DNA of 64,000 nucleotides from positions 64,001 to 128,000 of the IMG/VR virus record IMGVR_UViG_3300023170_004399; one strand, given 5' to 3'. The DNA is from a virus (Duplodnaviria; Caudoviricetes). Below are positions 16,668-25,726 of this stretch, in pieces; position 1 is the first letter of the stretch, and each line of letters opens with the position of its first letter. Made by a program: the position numbers and the translations under genes. Below the pieces are notes generated by a model. The model had not been told where the DNA came from and ran no database searches. It worked only from the letters and a program-made list of their open reading frames with translations.

Positions 16668-18245
16668 ATGAAAAATAATAAAAACATACTAGGGTTTTAT
16701 GGCTCACATGATGCATCAGTAACCTATCTAGACAAAAAAGGAAAAATAAGAATTCTAGAGTTTGAGAGATTTTCTAAAAAAAGATACGCAATGTATTCAG
16801 ATAGGTTTGACCACAGGACAATTGGTACGAATAATGAAACAAGATCAGCTTTTTTAAACTACGTGTCCCAAGATATAAAGACTACTGATGATTTAGTTAT
16901 TGCTTATAATGAGCTTTCTGAAACTGATATTGCTTTTATAAAAAAACATTTTGAAAAAGCAAAATTTATACAATGCAACCATCATCAAGCGCATGCTTAC
17001 TGTGCATATTACCAGTCCCCTTATAAAACAGCACATGTTATATCTTTGGATGGAGGAGGTCTAGATAATGGTGCAGTTTCAATGTCAAAAGTTTTTTATG
17101 CTGACAAAGATAAAGTAGAAGAAATTTTTGACCCAAAGATAGATTTAGGTAATCCATATGCAAAGTTAGGTTACGTAATATCTGAAATAAATCATGGTTA
17201 TGACGGTCAAAAAATGTCACTTGCATATGCTGGTAAAATAATGGGTTTATGTGCATATGGTAATGCAAGAATGGAATGGCTTAAACCAATGCAAAAGTAC
17301 TATAAGCACAAATCTTTGGATAAACTCGCAAAAGATATCGGCTTAATTTTGGGTCAAAATAGCTTAAGTGGACAAGTTGGTTTTGATTTAGCAGCGACCA
17401 GTCAACACGTTTTTGAAGATATAGCTTTTAATTTAGTTAAAAACGTTTTTGATAAGAAAAATGATAATATTATTTTAACCGGTGGTTGTGCACTCAATGT
17501 TTTATTTAATCAAAAATTAAAGCTTTTTTTAAAAAATACTGATTACGATCTTTTCGTGCCACCTAATCCAAACGACTGTGGGCTTTCTTTTGGTCAGTAT
17601 TGCATGTTTAACAATGTAAAGCATAATGACATATTATATAATGGTTTCCCCGTATTAGATTTACAAAAATTAGACGCTGTTGTCAAGAATTACAATGCAA
17701 AAAAAATAAAAACTAGTGACATTGTAGACTTGTTATCGCAGGGAAAAATAATTGGTTTAGTTTATGGTGATTCTGAAGTAGGACCTCGTGCGCTAGGAAA
17801 TAGAAGCATTATTTGTGATCCTAGTTTTAAAAACATGAAAGATGTTTTAAATCTTAAGGTTAAATTTAGAGAGTGGTTCCGTCCATTTGCCCCAGTTTCT
17901 CTTTTAGAAGACGCACCAGTTTTTTTTGATGATGCTTTTGAATCACCGTATATGAGTTATGCCCCAAAAGTAAAGGAAGAATATCAAAATATTTTAAAAG
18001 CTATTACACATGTAGATGGAACGTCAAGACTGCAAACAGTTACAAAAGGGCAACACAAGCTTTTTTATGACATTTTAGTTTGCATGAAAAAAAATAAAAA
18101 AACACCAGTACTGTTAAATACTTCATTTAATATTAAAGGTTATCCTATACTGACAACAATTGAAGATGCGCTGTATGTTTTAAATAACACTGAGCTTGAC
18201 CATGTTATAATTCAAGGCTACTTGTTTTCGAAAAAAGGTTTATGA
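16668..18245 (+). CDS. carbamoyltransferase (NodU/CmcH/TobZ family)
   Basis: 'HDAS', 'HHQAHA', 'DGGG', 'GGCALN', 'EVGPRALGNRS', 'KFREWFRPFAP', 'HVDGTSRLQTV', 'LLNTSFN'. Confidence 0.95.
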   Translation: MKNNKNILGFYGSHDASVTYLDKKGKIRILEFERFSKKRYAMYSDRFDHRTIGTNNETRSAFLNYVSQDIKTTDDLVIAYNELSETDIAFIKKHFEKAKFIQCNHHQAHAYCAYYQSPYKTAHVISLDGGGLDNGAVSMSKVFYADKDKVEEIFDPKIDLGNPYAKLGYVISEINHGYDGQKMSLAYAGKIMGLCAYGNARMEWLKPMQKYYKHKSLDKLAKDIGLILGQNSLSGQVGFDLAATSQHVFEDIAFNLVKNVFDKKNDNIILTGGCALNVLFNQKLKLFLKNTDYDLFVPPNPNDCGLSFGQYCMFNNVKHNDILYNGFPVLDLQKLDAVVKNYNAKKIKTSDIVDLLSQGKIIGLVYGDSEVGPRALGNRSIICDPSFKNMKDVLNLKVKFREWFRPFAPVSLLEDAPVFFDDAFESPYMSYAPKVKEEYQNILKAITHVDGTSRLQTVTKGQHKLFYDILVCMKKNKKTPVLLNTSFNIKGYPILTTIEDALYVLNNTELDHVIIQGYLFSKKGL

Positions 18246-19084
18246 TGAAATATGTTATAACAGCAAAAGGATTATTAGATGTCAATACTGGCAATGGTTC
18301 GTTTTCCGGCGGAACACCAGTTTCTCAAACAGAGTGCGCGACAGAACTTATAATTACAAGATTAGAAGCTATTAATTTATTTAAACAAGGCTTGATAAAC
18401 AGTGACACATGTGTTGTAACATTACCGGAAAGAAGATTTTTATATGAGAATATTTTTACTAAAACAGAGGTGTATAACCCAAGTAAAGTTTATAAAGATT
18501 GCATTGATTTAGTTTCAAATGAAAGTATAGAGAGATTGTGTAAAAAATTGCCTTATAAACCTTTTTACAAATATTTTGACCGTGACAAAAAAGAGATATT
18601 AGATATACCACTTAACAAATCAATACTAAATATGGAGTGTGATCAATTTCTTATTTGTATTCCTAGACTAAAAAACTCAGACACTAGAAGAAATTTAGAA
18701 CAGAATTATTGGGAAAATTTTATAAAAAAAGCTAGTAAAATATATAGTAAAGTATGTGTTTTTGGGAAAGGCAATCAAAATTTAGATAATGGTAAAAATA
18801 TTGTTTATATTGATACACTAAAAGATTATTGTAGTTATTTGCACCACCCAAATTGTGCGCATGTTGTTAGTACAATATCAGGACCATGTCATTATGCGCA
18901 ATCATTTTCAAATACGGGTGGAAAAACTTTGTTAACAATGATTGATAATTATAATTTAATAGAAAAGCATGGAGATGATCCTTCTTACTTTCACCCATGT
19001 ATCAACTTTACAAATATTAAAATTAACTTTATTAAAAAAGTGCCAACAGTTGATGAGCTATTGGAAACACTGGAGGAAAAATGA
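18242..19084 (+). CDS. hypothetical, possibly a divergent GT9-like glycosyltransferase
   Basis: 'RRNLEQNYWENFI' and 'VVSTISGPCHYA' echo the GT9 'K.WP.E.W' and 'DSGPMHLA' motifs; lies inside the glycan island. Confidence 0.4.
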   Translation: MMKYVITAKGLLDVNTGNGSFSGGTPVSQTECATELIITRLEAINLFKQGLINSDTCVVTLPERRFLYENIFTKTEVYNPSKVYKDCIDLVSNESIERLCKKLPYKPFYKYFDRDKKEILDIPLNKSILNMECDQFLICIPRLKNSDTRRNLEQNYWENFIKKASKIYSKVCVFGKGNQNLDNGKNIVYIDTLKDYCSYLHHPNCAHVVSTISGPCHYAQSFSNTGGKTLLTMIDNYNLIEKHGDDPSYFHPCINFTNIKINFIKKVPTVDELLETLEEK

Positions 19085-19431
19085 TAGGTAAAAAATTAGA
19101 CAAATATATTGAGGAAAAAGTTGCTGAAGTGCTTAATAAAACAAAATTTCCGGAATATGATAATATACATAGTGATTCTTTTTCTGAATTGATAGATAAA
19201 CTAATAATTGTGCACACCAGGCTTTGGTATCTTGAAGATGCTTTAAATGTTGAAACTGACCCACATAAAATTGCTGAGTTAAAAAGAAAAGCAGATGTTA
19301 CATTTAAAGAAAAAAGACCTATGTTGGTCAAAGCAATCGATAAAACAATCACAAATATGTGCAATGGAAAATATAATCCAACAGTTGAAAATATAAAAGC
19401 TTATAAAGGTTATAAAAAAGAAAATGAATAA
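19081..19431 (+). CDS. small helical protein, DUF4254-like
   Basis: 'SFSELIDKLIIVHTRLWYLED...IAELKRK...LVKAID' resembles the DUF4254-type pattern seen in glycan clusters. Confidence 0.5.
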   Translation: MIGKKLDKYIEEKVAEVLNKTKFPEYDNIHSDSFSELIDKLIIVHTRLWYLEDALNVETDPHKIAELKRKADVTFKEKRPMLVKAIDKTITNMCNGKYNPTVENIKAYKGYKKENE

Positions 19432-20383
19432 AGATGATAAAATTTTAGTTGCTGGTCATAGAGGATTTGTAGGAAGTAATTTAGCTAAGCACTTAAAAAA
19501 TCTAGGTTATACAAATATTAGTGGTTACACTAGAAAACAAGTAGATCTATCTAACGTACATGAAACTAACTCTCTTTTTAAATCACAAAATTTTGATTAT
19601 GTTTTTATGTGCGCAGCAAAATGTGGCGGATTACAAGCAAATTTAGATGACCCATATAGTTTTTTGTACGATAATTTAGTCGTACAAAATAATTTAATAC
19701 ATGCATCAATAGAAAACCATGTTAAAAAAGTACTGTTTTTAGGTTCAAGTTGCATTTATCCAACAAATTATAAGCAACCACTAAAAGAAGAATACATATT
19801 ACAGGGTCCAGTTGAACCAACAAATGAAGGCTACTCAATTGCTAAAATAGCAGGGCTTAAACTTTGTGAATATGCTAACAGCCTGCTAGGACAAACTCAT
19901 GGCGGCATAAAACATACGACCAAGTTTATTTCACTAATGCCTTGTAATTTATATGGGCCAGGCGACGATTTTGATCTTAGAAATTCACACGTAATGGCAG
20001 CATTAATCAGGAAATTTGTTGAAGCAAAAAAAACAAATGCAAATCACGTAAAAATATGGGGAACTGGTAAAGCCAGGCGTGAATTTTTATACATTGATGA
20101 TTTGTCAAGTTGTATGGTGTGGGCTATGACAAATATTGAAAAGACTAAAACATTTTTAAATGTAGGTACTGGCTGTGACATAAGCATAATAGAATTAGCA
20201 AAAATGATAGCAGAAATAGTAGATTTTAATGGTGACATAGTTTTGCAAAAAGAAAAACCAGAAGGCATGATGAGAAAGTGTTTGGATGTTGAAAAAATAC
20301 AAAAACTTGGTTGGCGACATCAGGTTCTACTGCAAGATGGTGTCAACAAAACAGTAAAATATTATATTGATAATTATTCGTGA
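19424..20383 (+). CDS. fcl: GDP-4-keto-6-deoxymannose epimerase/reductase (GDP-L-fucose synthase; ColC-like)
   Basis: 'VAGHRGFVG', 'AAKCGGLQAN', 'FLGSSCIYP', 'EPTNEGYSIAK', 'MPCNLYGPGDDF', 'SHVMAALIRKF', 'WGTGKARREFLY'. Confidence 0.95.
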   Translation: MNKDDKILVAGHRGFVGSNLAKHLKNLGYTNISGYTRKQVDLSNVHETNSLFKSQNFDYVFMCAAKCGGLQANLDDPYSFLYDNLVVQNNLIHASIENHVKKVLFLGSSCIYPTNYKQPLKEEYILQGPVEPTNEGYSIAKIAGLKLCEYANSLLGQTHGGIKHTTKFISLMPCNLYGPGDDFDLRNSHVMAALIRKFVEAKKTNANHVKIWGTGKARREFLYIDDLSSCMVWAMTNIEKTKTFLNVGTGCDISIIELAKMIAEIVDFNGDIVLQKEKPEGMMRKCLDVEKIQKLGWRHQVLLQDGVNKTVKYYIDNYS

Positions 20384-20390
20384 GTTTCAT

Positions 20391-21218
20391 ATGAATTCTA
20401 AAAAGCCATTAAATATAAATCTCTATGGGGGTGATTTTAGTCACCAATCTTGTAGTACATTAAATCAAGTATCAAAAACTATATCATGGAACATAACGTC
20501 TTATGATAGTAATATAAGTTTTTATGCTGATAAAAAAATAGATAAGTTATTAAGTGATAAAAAAAGTGATGTAGTTTTTGGCTGGCTTCTAGAAGCTAGT
20601 TGTTTAATAAAAAAACAAGTCAGGTATTGCATAAATAATCATAACGCGTTAAAAAAGAAAGCCAAGTTTATTTTTACACATTGTTCAGAACTTTTAAATC
20701 TAGATCCAGATTTTTACAAATTTGCACCGACAGATGGCACATGGATAAAAAAACCAAAAATACATGATAAAACTAAAGCAATATCTTTTATCACTAGTAA
20801 TAAATCATACACAGTCGGACATAAAAAAAGATTACATTACTTAAATAAGTTTCGTTCACACGTCGACCTGTATGGAAGGGGTTTTTTTGAAATAGAAGAA
20901 AAAGAGTATGGCCTTAATGATTACATGTTTTCAATATGCATTGAAAACGATTTTGACAATTTGTTTTTTACAGAGAAAATTTTAGATTGTTTTGCAACCG
21001 GTACTATACCAATATATTTAGGGGCGAAAGACATTGGTAAATATTTTGCTACTGATGGTATTATTTTTTTAGATGAAAATACTGACGTCACCTTGCTGAA
21101 TAAAAATTTGTATCTAAGTAAACTTGATGCTATTAATTATAATTATAAAAAAGTAGTAAATGAATTTATGAATTCTGAAGACTTTATATATCACAACTAT
21201 TTACAAAATATTTTGTAA
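20391..21218 (+). CDS. glycosyltransferase family 10-like (alpha-1,3/4-fucosyltransferase-like)
   Basis: 'YMFSICIEND...FFTEKILDCFATGTIPIYLG' is the GT10 signature; start reassigned to ATG 20391. Confidence 0.8.
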   Translation: MNSKKPLNINLYGGDFSHQSCSTLNQVSKTISWNITSYDSNISFYADKKIDKLLSDKKSDVVFGWLLEASCLIKKQVRYCINNHNALKKKAKFIFTHCSELLNLDPDFYKFAPTDGTWIKKPKIHDKTKAISFITSNKSYTVGHKKRLHYLNKFRSHVDLYGRGFFEIEEKEYGLNDYMFSICIENDFDNLFFTEKILDCFATGTIPIYLGAKDIGKYFATDGIIFLDENTDVTLLNKNLYLSKLDAINYNYKKVVNEFMNSEDFIYHNYLQNIL

Positions 21219-21239
21219 GAATTTTAGGATACTGTTATT

Positions 21240-22052
21240 ATGCTTTGTAGCATTGAAAAATTAATAAATAAAGAATTAAATAAAGATTGTTATGTTCTAG
21301 GTTTAGGACCATCATTAAAAAATAGTTTAGATTTTTTAAAAACTATTGACAGAGAGAAAACTGTTATTATTTCATGTAATCACATTGATGCAATGACGGA
21401 TATTGTGCCAGATTACTGGGTGATTGCTAACAATTTACCTGAATTTAATATTGAACAAAACTATAAAAAGTATAACAAATTTAGAAATACAAAATTGGTA
21501 TATTGTTATAGAGCTTGTAATGCTAGTTATAGAAAAAAATACGTATATCTGAAGCATGACAAATTTTATGATCAAAATCATTTACAGCATGATTTAAACT
21601 TAGTGTCTTGCGATTTTGTCCCCTTTTCCGATTGTCTTTTTTGTCCTCCGGAGTTAAAAAAAATAAATATTAGCGCATGTAAAAGGACACTAAATGAAGT
21701 ATACTGTGATTACATTGGACAAAGTGACTATATGTATTATCACAAAAACGGTGGAAGATGTCATACTGTCGCAACACATATGTTAAAGTTAGCTATAATA
21801 CTTGGCTGCAAGAATATAAATATATCCGGAGTAGATTTAGATTACAGCAAAGGGTATGTTAACAACAGTCCAAAAAATGGTGTTAAACCTAGGAAAAAAT
21901 TGGGTTTAACCCTTATGAAGGCCAAAGGGAGAGATGAAACTATAAAATACATCAAGTTAATTAAAGATGATAGCAAAAAAGTCGGTGTTAAGCTGTATTC
22001 TCTAATAGAAAATGGCAATATAAATTCTGTTCTAGAATATAAAAAAACTTAA
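21240..22052 (+). CDS. Maf/DUF115 (MptE-like, CstII-like) putative CMP-sugar transferase
   Basis: 'CYVLGLGPSL', 'IISCN', 'DYWV', 'TVATHMLKLAIILGCKNINISGVDLDY'. Confidence 0.65.
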   Translation: MLCSIEKLINKELNKDCYVLGLGPSLKNSLDFLKTIDREKTVIISCNHIDAMTDIVPDYWVIANNLPEFNIEQNYKKYNKFRNTKLVYCYRACNASYRKKYVYLKHDKFYDQNHLQHDLNLVSCDFVPFSDCLFCPPELKKINISACKRTLNEVYCDYIGQSDYMYYHKNGGRCHTVATHMLKLAIILGCKNINISGVDLDYSKGYVNNSPKNGVKPRKKLGLTLMKAKGRDETIKYIKLIKDDSKKVGVKLYSLIENGNINSVLEYKKT

Positions 22053-22110
22053 GAATAATTTAAACATGTTTAAGTCTAATAGTATTATATTATAAAAATT
22101 AGAGGTAAAT

Positions 22111-22689
22111 ATGCACATAGATTTTGAAAATATCGAAAATAAATTAGCGTCAAGTATCGACAGCGATGAATATAAAAATTTAGTTGATAAAATTAAAAAA
22201 GTTGATAGAATTTACTTGCTAGGAAATGGTGGTTTGCATTTTGTCGCAGGACACATGTCAACAGATTTAACCAGGTTAATTAAAAACAAAGTAGCTTATT
22301 CATTTGATTCGGTTGGCTTTGTTACTAGTAATGCTAATGATCATGGTTTTGAAAATCTATTTGTTAGATGGTTAGAAACAACGTCTTCTGTTGATTCACC
22401 CGAGAAATGTTTAGTAATAGGCATGTCATGTTCAGGAAACTCTACTAATGTTGTTAATGCACTAGACTGGGCTGAAAAAAATAATTATAAGACTTTTCTA
22501 ATAAGCGGCCAAAAATCACAAAATTTAAGTGCCGGTATCGATGAACTTACTTTTAATTGTAAATATTTTCACACTGTTGAGGTTTTGTGTATGATGTTGT
22601 TTTATGATGTTGTTCATGCTGTCGGCAGTTTGTGTCCATCGATAAATGAAGAAAAGAAAAGATTAGTTAACTCATCTTTGCGAGGTTAA
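22111..22689 (+). CDS. SIS-domain sugar-phosphate isomerase, GmhA-like (divergent)
   Basis: 'IYLLGNGG', 'TSNANDHGFENLF', 'IGMSCSGNSTNVVNALDWA'. Confidence 0.8.
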   Translation: MHIDFENIENKLASSIDSDEYKNLVDKIKKVDRIYLLGNGGLHFVAGHMSTDLTRLIKNKVAYSFDSVGFVTSNANDHGFENLFVRWLETTSSVDSPEKCLVIGMSCSGNSTNVVNALDWAEKNNYKTFLISGQKSQNLSAGIDELTFNCKYFHTVEVLCMMLFYDVVHAVGSLCPSINEEKKRLVNSSLRG

Positions 22690-22690
22690 T

Positions 22691-23077
22691 ATGATACCAA
22701 GATTGCATTCATTTGATGATGAAACTAAACAAATAGGTATAGATTTTGACGGCGTTATTCATGCAAACTCTAAAGGTTTTTTTGATGGCACCGTTTATGA
22801 TGTACCTGTTCCAGGTTCTATAGAAGCAATTAAAAAAATATCTAAAAAATATGACATTGTAGTTTTTAGCGCAAAAGCGAGAACAGATAGAATGTTAATA
22901 AATGGTAAGACTGGTGTAGAACTCATTAAGGATTGGTTGCAAAAACACGGCATATTAAAATATGTAAAAGAAGTAACAGCAGAAAAGCCTCGTGCTGTTG
23001 CTTACATTGATGACAAAGCGATAAGATTTACCACATGGGAAAATGTGTTTGACAATATGGATGATTTAGGAATATGA
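22691..23077 (+). CDS. HAD-superfamily phosphatase (capsule-biosynthesis type)
   Basis: Motif I 'IGIDFDGVI', motif II 'VFSA', motif IV 'YIDDKAIRF'. Confidence 0.8.
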   Translation: MIPRLHSFDDETKQIGIDFDGVIHANSKGFFDGTVYDVPVPGSIEAIKKISKKYDIVVFSAKARTDRMLINGKTGVELIKDWLQKHGILKYVKEVTAEKPRAVAYIDDKAIRFTTWENVFDNMDDLGI

Positions 23078-24264
23078 AAATAGTTGCAATAGTACCAGCG
23101 CTATCTGGTGGGCAAAGGTTACCAAATAAAAACCTTTTATTGGTCGATGGTGAACCAATGATAAGTTATGTACTTTCCGCTTTAACAAAAACAACTGCCA
23201 TAAACGATGTGTTTGTAAGTACTGATATTCCGGAAATTAAAAACTTCGTAAATTTAAATTTTAAAGAAGTAAAGTGCGTTGATAGATTATCAAACTATGG
23301 TGGGACTAGCTGCAAGATGAAAAATGCATCTGCAGATTGCAATGGAAAAAGATGTCAGGTACACGATCACTACCTCTATGATTTTATTAATAATGTTGAT
23401 GCTGACATATTAATACAAGTGCATACCACATCACCACTTTTAAAAGCTTCAACCATTAATTCTTTTGTACAAAAAATGTTAGATGAAGATTTAGATTCTT
23501 GCTTTGCAGTTAACAACCACCAAAAAGAGTGTTTGCTTTCTTCCGCACCTATCAATTTTTCTTTAAAAAAGAAGACTCCAACACAAGATTTAAAAGTTGT
23601 TTCAGAGATAGCTTGGGCAATTTCCGGATGGAAAATTACATCATTTAGAGACGCTTATGAAAAAAATCAAAGTCCATCGTTTGTTGGCAAAATTGGTTGG
23701 CACCCAATAAACAAGCTGGAAGCTATAGACGTTGACGACTGGGAAGATTTATACATTGCTGAAGCTTGTTTATCACATGCAAAACGTATTGAAAATGTCG
23801 GACAAAAAAAATTAACAATCGAAACAACTAGCATAGAACGAGAATTAAAAGATTTAATTGAGAAAGATGGTTGTACACAATCTGAAAAAGTAACATATAA
23901 TCAAATTCTAAACAATATATATATTGCTAAAAATGAAATGGGCACCGGGTCATGGTGTTACCCAGTCATTATCACGGACAATGATCAAGCGTGTTTTATC
24001 CAACAAGTACCGGGTGAAGGCTGTAGATGGCACAATCACCCAACTAAAGATGAGTTCTGGATTGTTATGGATGGTAAATTTGCATTTGAAATAGACGGGT
24101 TTGAACCGGTTATTGCAAAAAAAGGCGATGTTGTTTATGCAAAAAAAGGAATAAATCACAGAATTACATGTGTTGGCGATAAACCAGGTATAAGATTAGC
24201 TTGTGGAGAGAGAAATTTTGCTCACATATATGAAAACAATGAGCCACCTAAGAGATTTAAATGA
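23074..24264 (+). CDS. acylneuraminate/KDO-type cytidylyltransferase fused to a C-terminal cupin
   Basis: 'IVPALSGGQRLPNKNLLLVDGEPMI', 'VSTD', 'QVHTTSPLL', 'IDVDDWED'; cupin 'PGEGCRWHNHPTKDEFWIVMDG...KKGINHRI'. Confidence 0.85.
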   Translation: MKIVAIVPALSGGQRLPNKNLLLVDGEPMISYVLSALTKTTAINDVFVSTDIPEIKNFVNLNFKEVKCVDRLSNYGGTSCKMKNASADCNGKRCQVHDHYLYDFINNVDADILIQVHTTSPLLKASTINSFVQKMLDEDLDSCFAVNNHQKECLLSSAPINFSLKKKTPTQDLKVVSEIAWAISGWKITSFRDAYEKNQSPSFVGKIGWHPINKLEAIDVDDWEDLYIAEACLSHAKRIENVGQKKLTIETTSIERELKDLIEKDGCTQSEKVTYNQILNNIYIAKNEMGTGSWCYPVIITDNDQACFIQQVPGEGCRWHNHPTKDEFWIVMDGKFAFEIDGFEPVIAKKGDVVYAKKGINHRITCVGDKPGIRLACGERNFAHIYENNEPPKRFK

Positions 24265-24926
24265 ATTTAATAATGCTTGGACATACTGGCTCAATTGGTC
24301 ATTACATTTTTAATAAATATAAAAATCAAGGTTTCAATATCACTGGTTACTCGAGTAAAGATTTTAATGCGGAATCTGATAGTGACGTAAAAAATATTGC
24401 CGAAAAAATACGTAATACTAAAAAAATCGACGGTTTTATAAATTGTATGGGTGTTGTCGATTTACCTGAGTATAAAAATGTGGTTTCTTTTAACAAACTT
24501 TTAAACATTAATTTAAAAGCTGCATTTGCTTTAAGCGTAGCCGCAGCTGAAAATATGAAAAGCCACAAAAGTGGTTCAATCATAAACATTGGTTCAATTG
24601 CATCAAATAATGTGAGAATTGGCCGGGTAGGTTATACTGCTACAAAAGCTGGTCTTGAGGGACTAACTAGAGCTTTGGCAATAGAATATGCACAATATAA
24701 TATTAAAATAAATTGTGTTGCCCCTGGACCTACTGAAACTGATTTGTTAAGAAATACCTTAAGTAAAAAAGATTTTAAAAATTTAATAACACTAATGCCA
24801 ATGCAAAATTTAGTACAACCTAATGATATTTACACTACAGTTGATTTTATTCTAACAAAAAATAACTGTATAACTGGCCAAACAATTGTGGTTGATGGTG
24901 GATTAAGTATCAAATCTAATTTTTAA
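24261..24926 (+). CDS. short-chain dehydrogenase/reductase (SDR)
   Basis: 'GHTGSIG', 'INCMG', 'IINIGS', catalytic 'YTATKAG', 'NCVAPGPTET', 'TGQTIVVDGG'. Confidence 0.9.
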   Translation: MNLIMLGHTGSIGHYIFNKYKNQGFNITGYSSKDFNAESDSDVKNIAEKIRNTKKIDGFINCMGVVDLPEYKNVVSFNKLLNINLKAAFALSVAAAENMKSHKSGSIINIGSIASNNVRIGRVGYTATKAGLEGLTRALAIEYAQYNIKINCVAPGPTETDLLRNTLSKKDFKNLITLMPMQNLVQPNDIYTTVDFILTKNNCITGQTIVVDGGLSIKSNF

Positions 24927-24937
24927 TAAAGGAAAAT

Positions 24938-25726
24938 ATGATATCAGTTAACTTAATGGGTCGTTTTGGAAATCAGCTTTTTCAAATTGCCACTGCAGAA
25001 TCATTGGCTATTGATAATGGTGCATCGACAGTCTATTTTAACACTGTTGCTGGTACAACCCCTAAGCTGCATGAAACAATGTTATATATGAATACTTATT
25101 ACAACAAAATAAATTTTTTACCACATAACCTAATAAAATCTTTTAAATTTAATGTGTGCAGTGAGAAAGAATTCGCATTTAATCCAATTCGATACAGCCC
25201 AAATATGCTGCTAAATGGATATTTCCAATCAGAAAAATATTTTTTTCACAATGGTCATTTGATTAAAAAATTATTAAGCATGCCCGACAAGCAAATTAAA
25301 GTTATAAAACAGTTGCACCCGGATTTATTTGCGACAAACTTAAATGATTATGCTTGTGTACATGTACGCCGCGGCGATTATGTAAATTTGTCTAATGTAC
25401 ATACGAATCTAGCAGAGGATACTAATTATTACATTGATGCAATGCGTGAATTCGAGAATAAAAAATTTATTTTTTTCTCCGATGATATTTCTTGGTGTGC
25501 TAATTATTTTGGTAAAGAGCATACGTATTTTACTAGTGCATGTGACATATATGATTTTTACATAATGGGTTTGTTTAATAATGTTATAATGAGTAATTCA
25601 ACCTATTCATGGTGGTCTACTTGGTTGTATGAAAAAGATGACAAAAAAATAATAGCACCAAAAAAATGGTTCTCTAATAATATAAATTCAAATGATTTAA
25701 TACCTAACAGGTGGAGTTTAGTATGA
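24938..25726 (+). CDS. glycosyltransferase family 11 (alpha-1,2-fucosyl/colitosyltransferase-like)
   Basis: 'GRFGNQLFQ', 'GYFQSEKYF', 'VHVRRGDY', 'FSDDISWC', 'SNSTYSWW'. Confidence 0.92.
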   Translation: MISVNLMGRFGNQLFQIATAESLAIDNGASTVYFNTVAGTTPKLHETMLYMNTYYNKINFLPHNLIKSFKFNVCSEKEFAFNPIRYSPNMLLNGYFQSEKYFFHNGHLIKKLLSMPDKQIKVIKQLHPDLFATNLNDYACVHVRRGDYVNLSNVHTNLAEDTNYYIDAMREFENKKFIFFSDDISWCANYFGKEHTYFTSACDIYDFYIMGLFNNVIMSNSTYSWWSTWLYEKDDKKIIAPKKWFSNNINSNDLIPNRWSLV

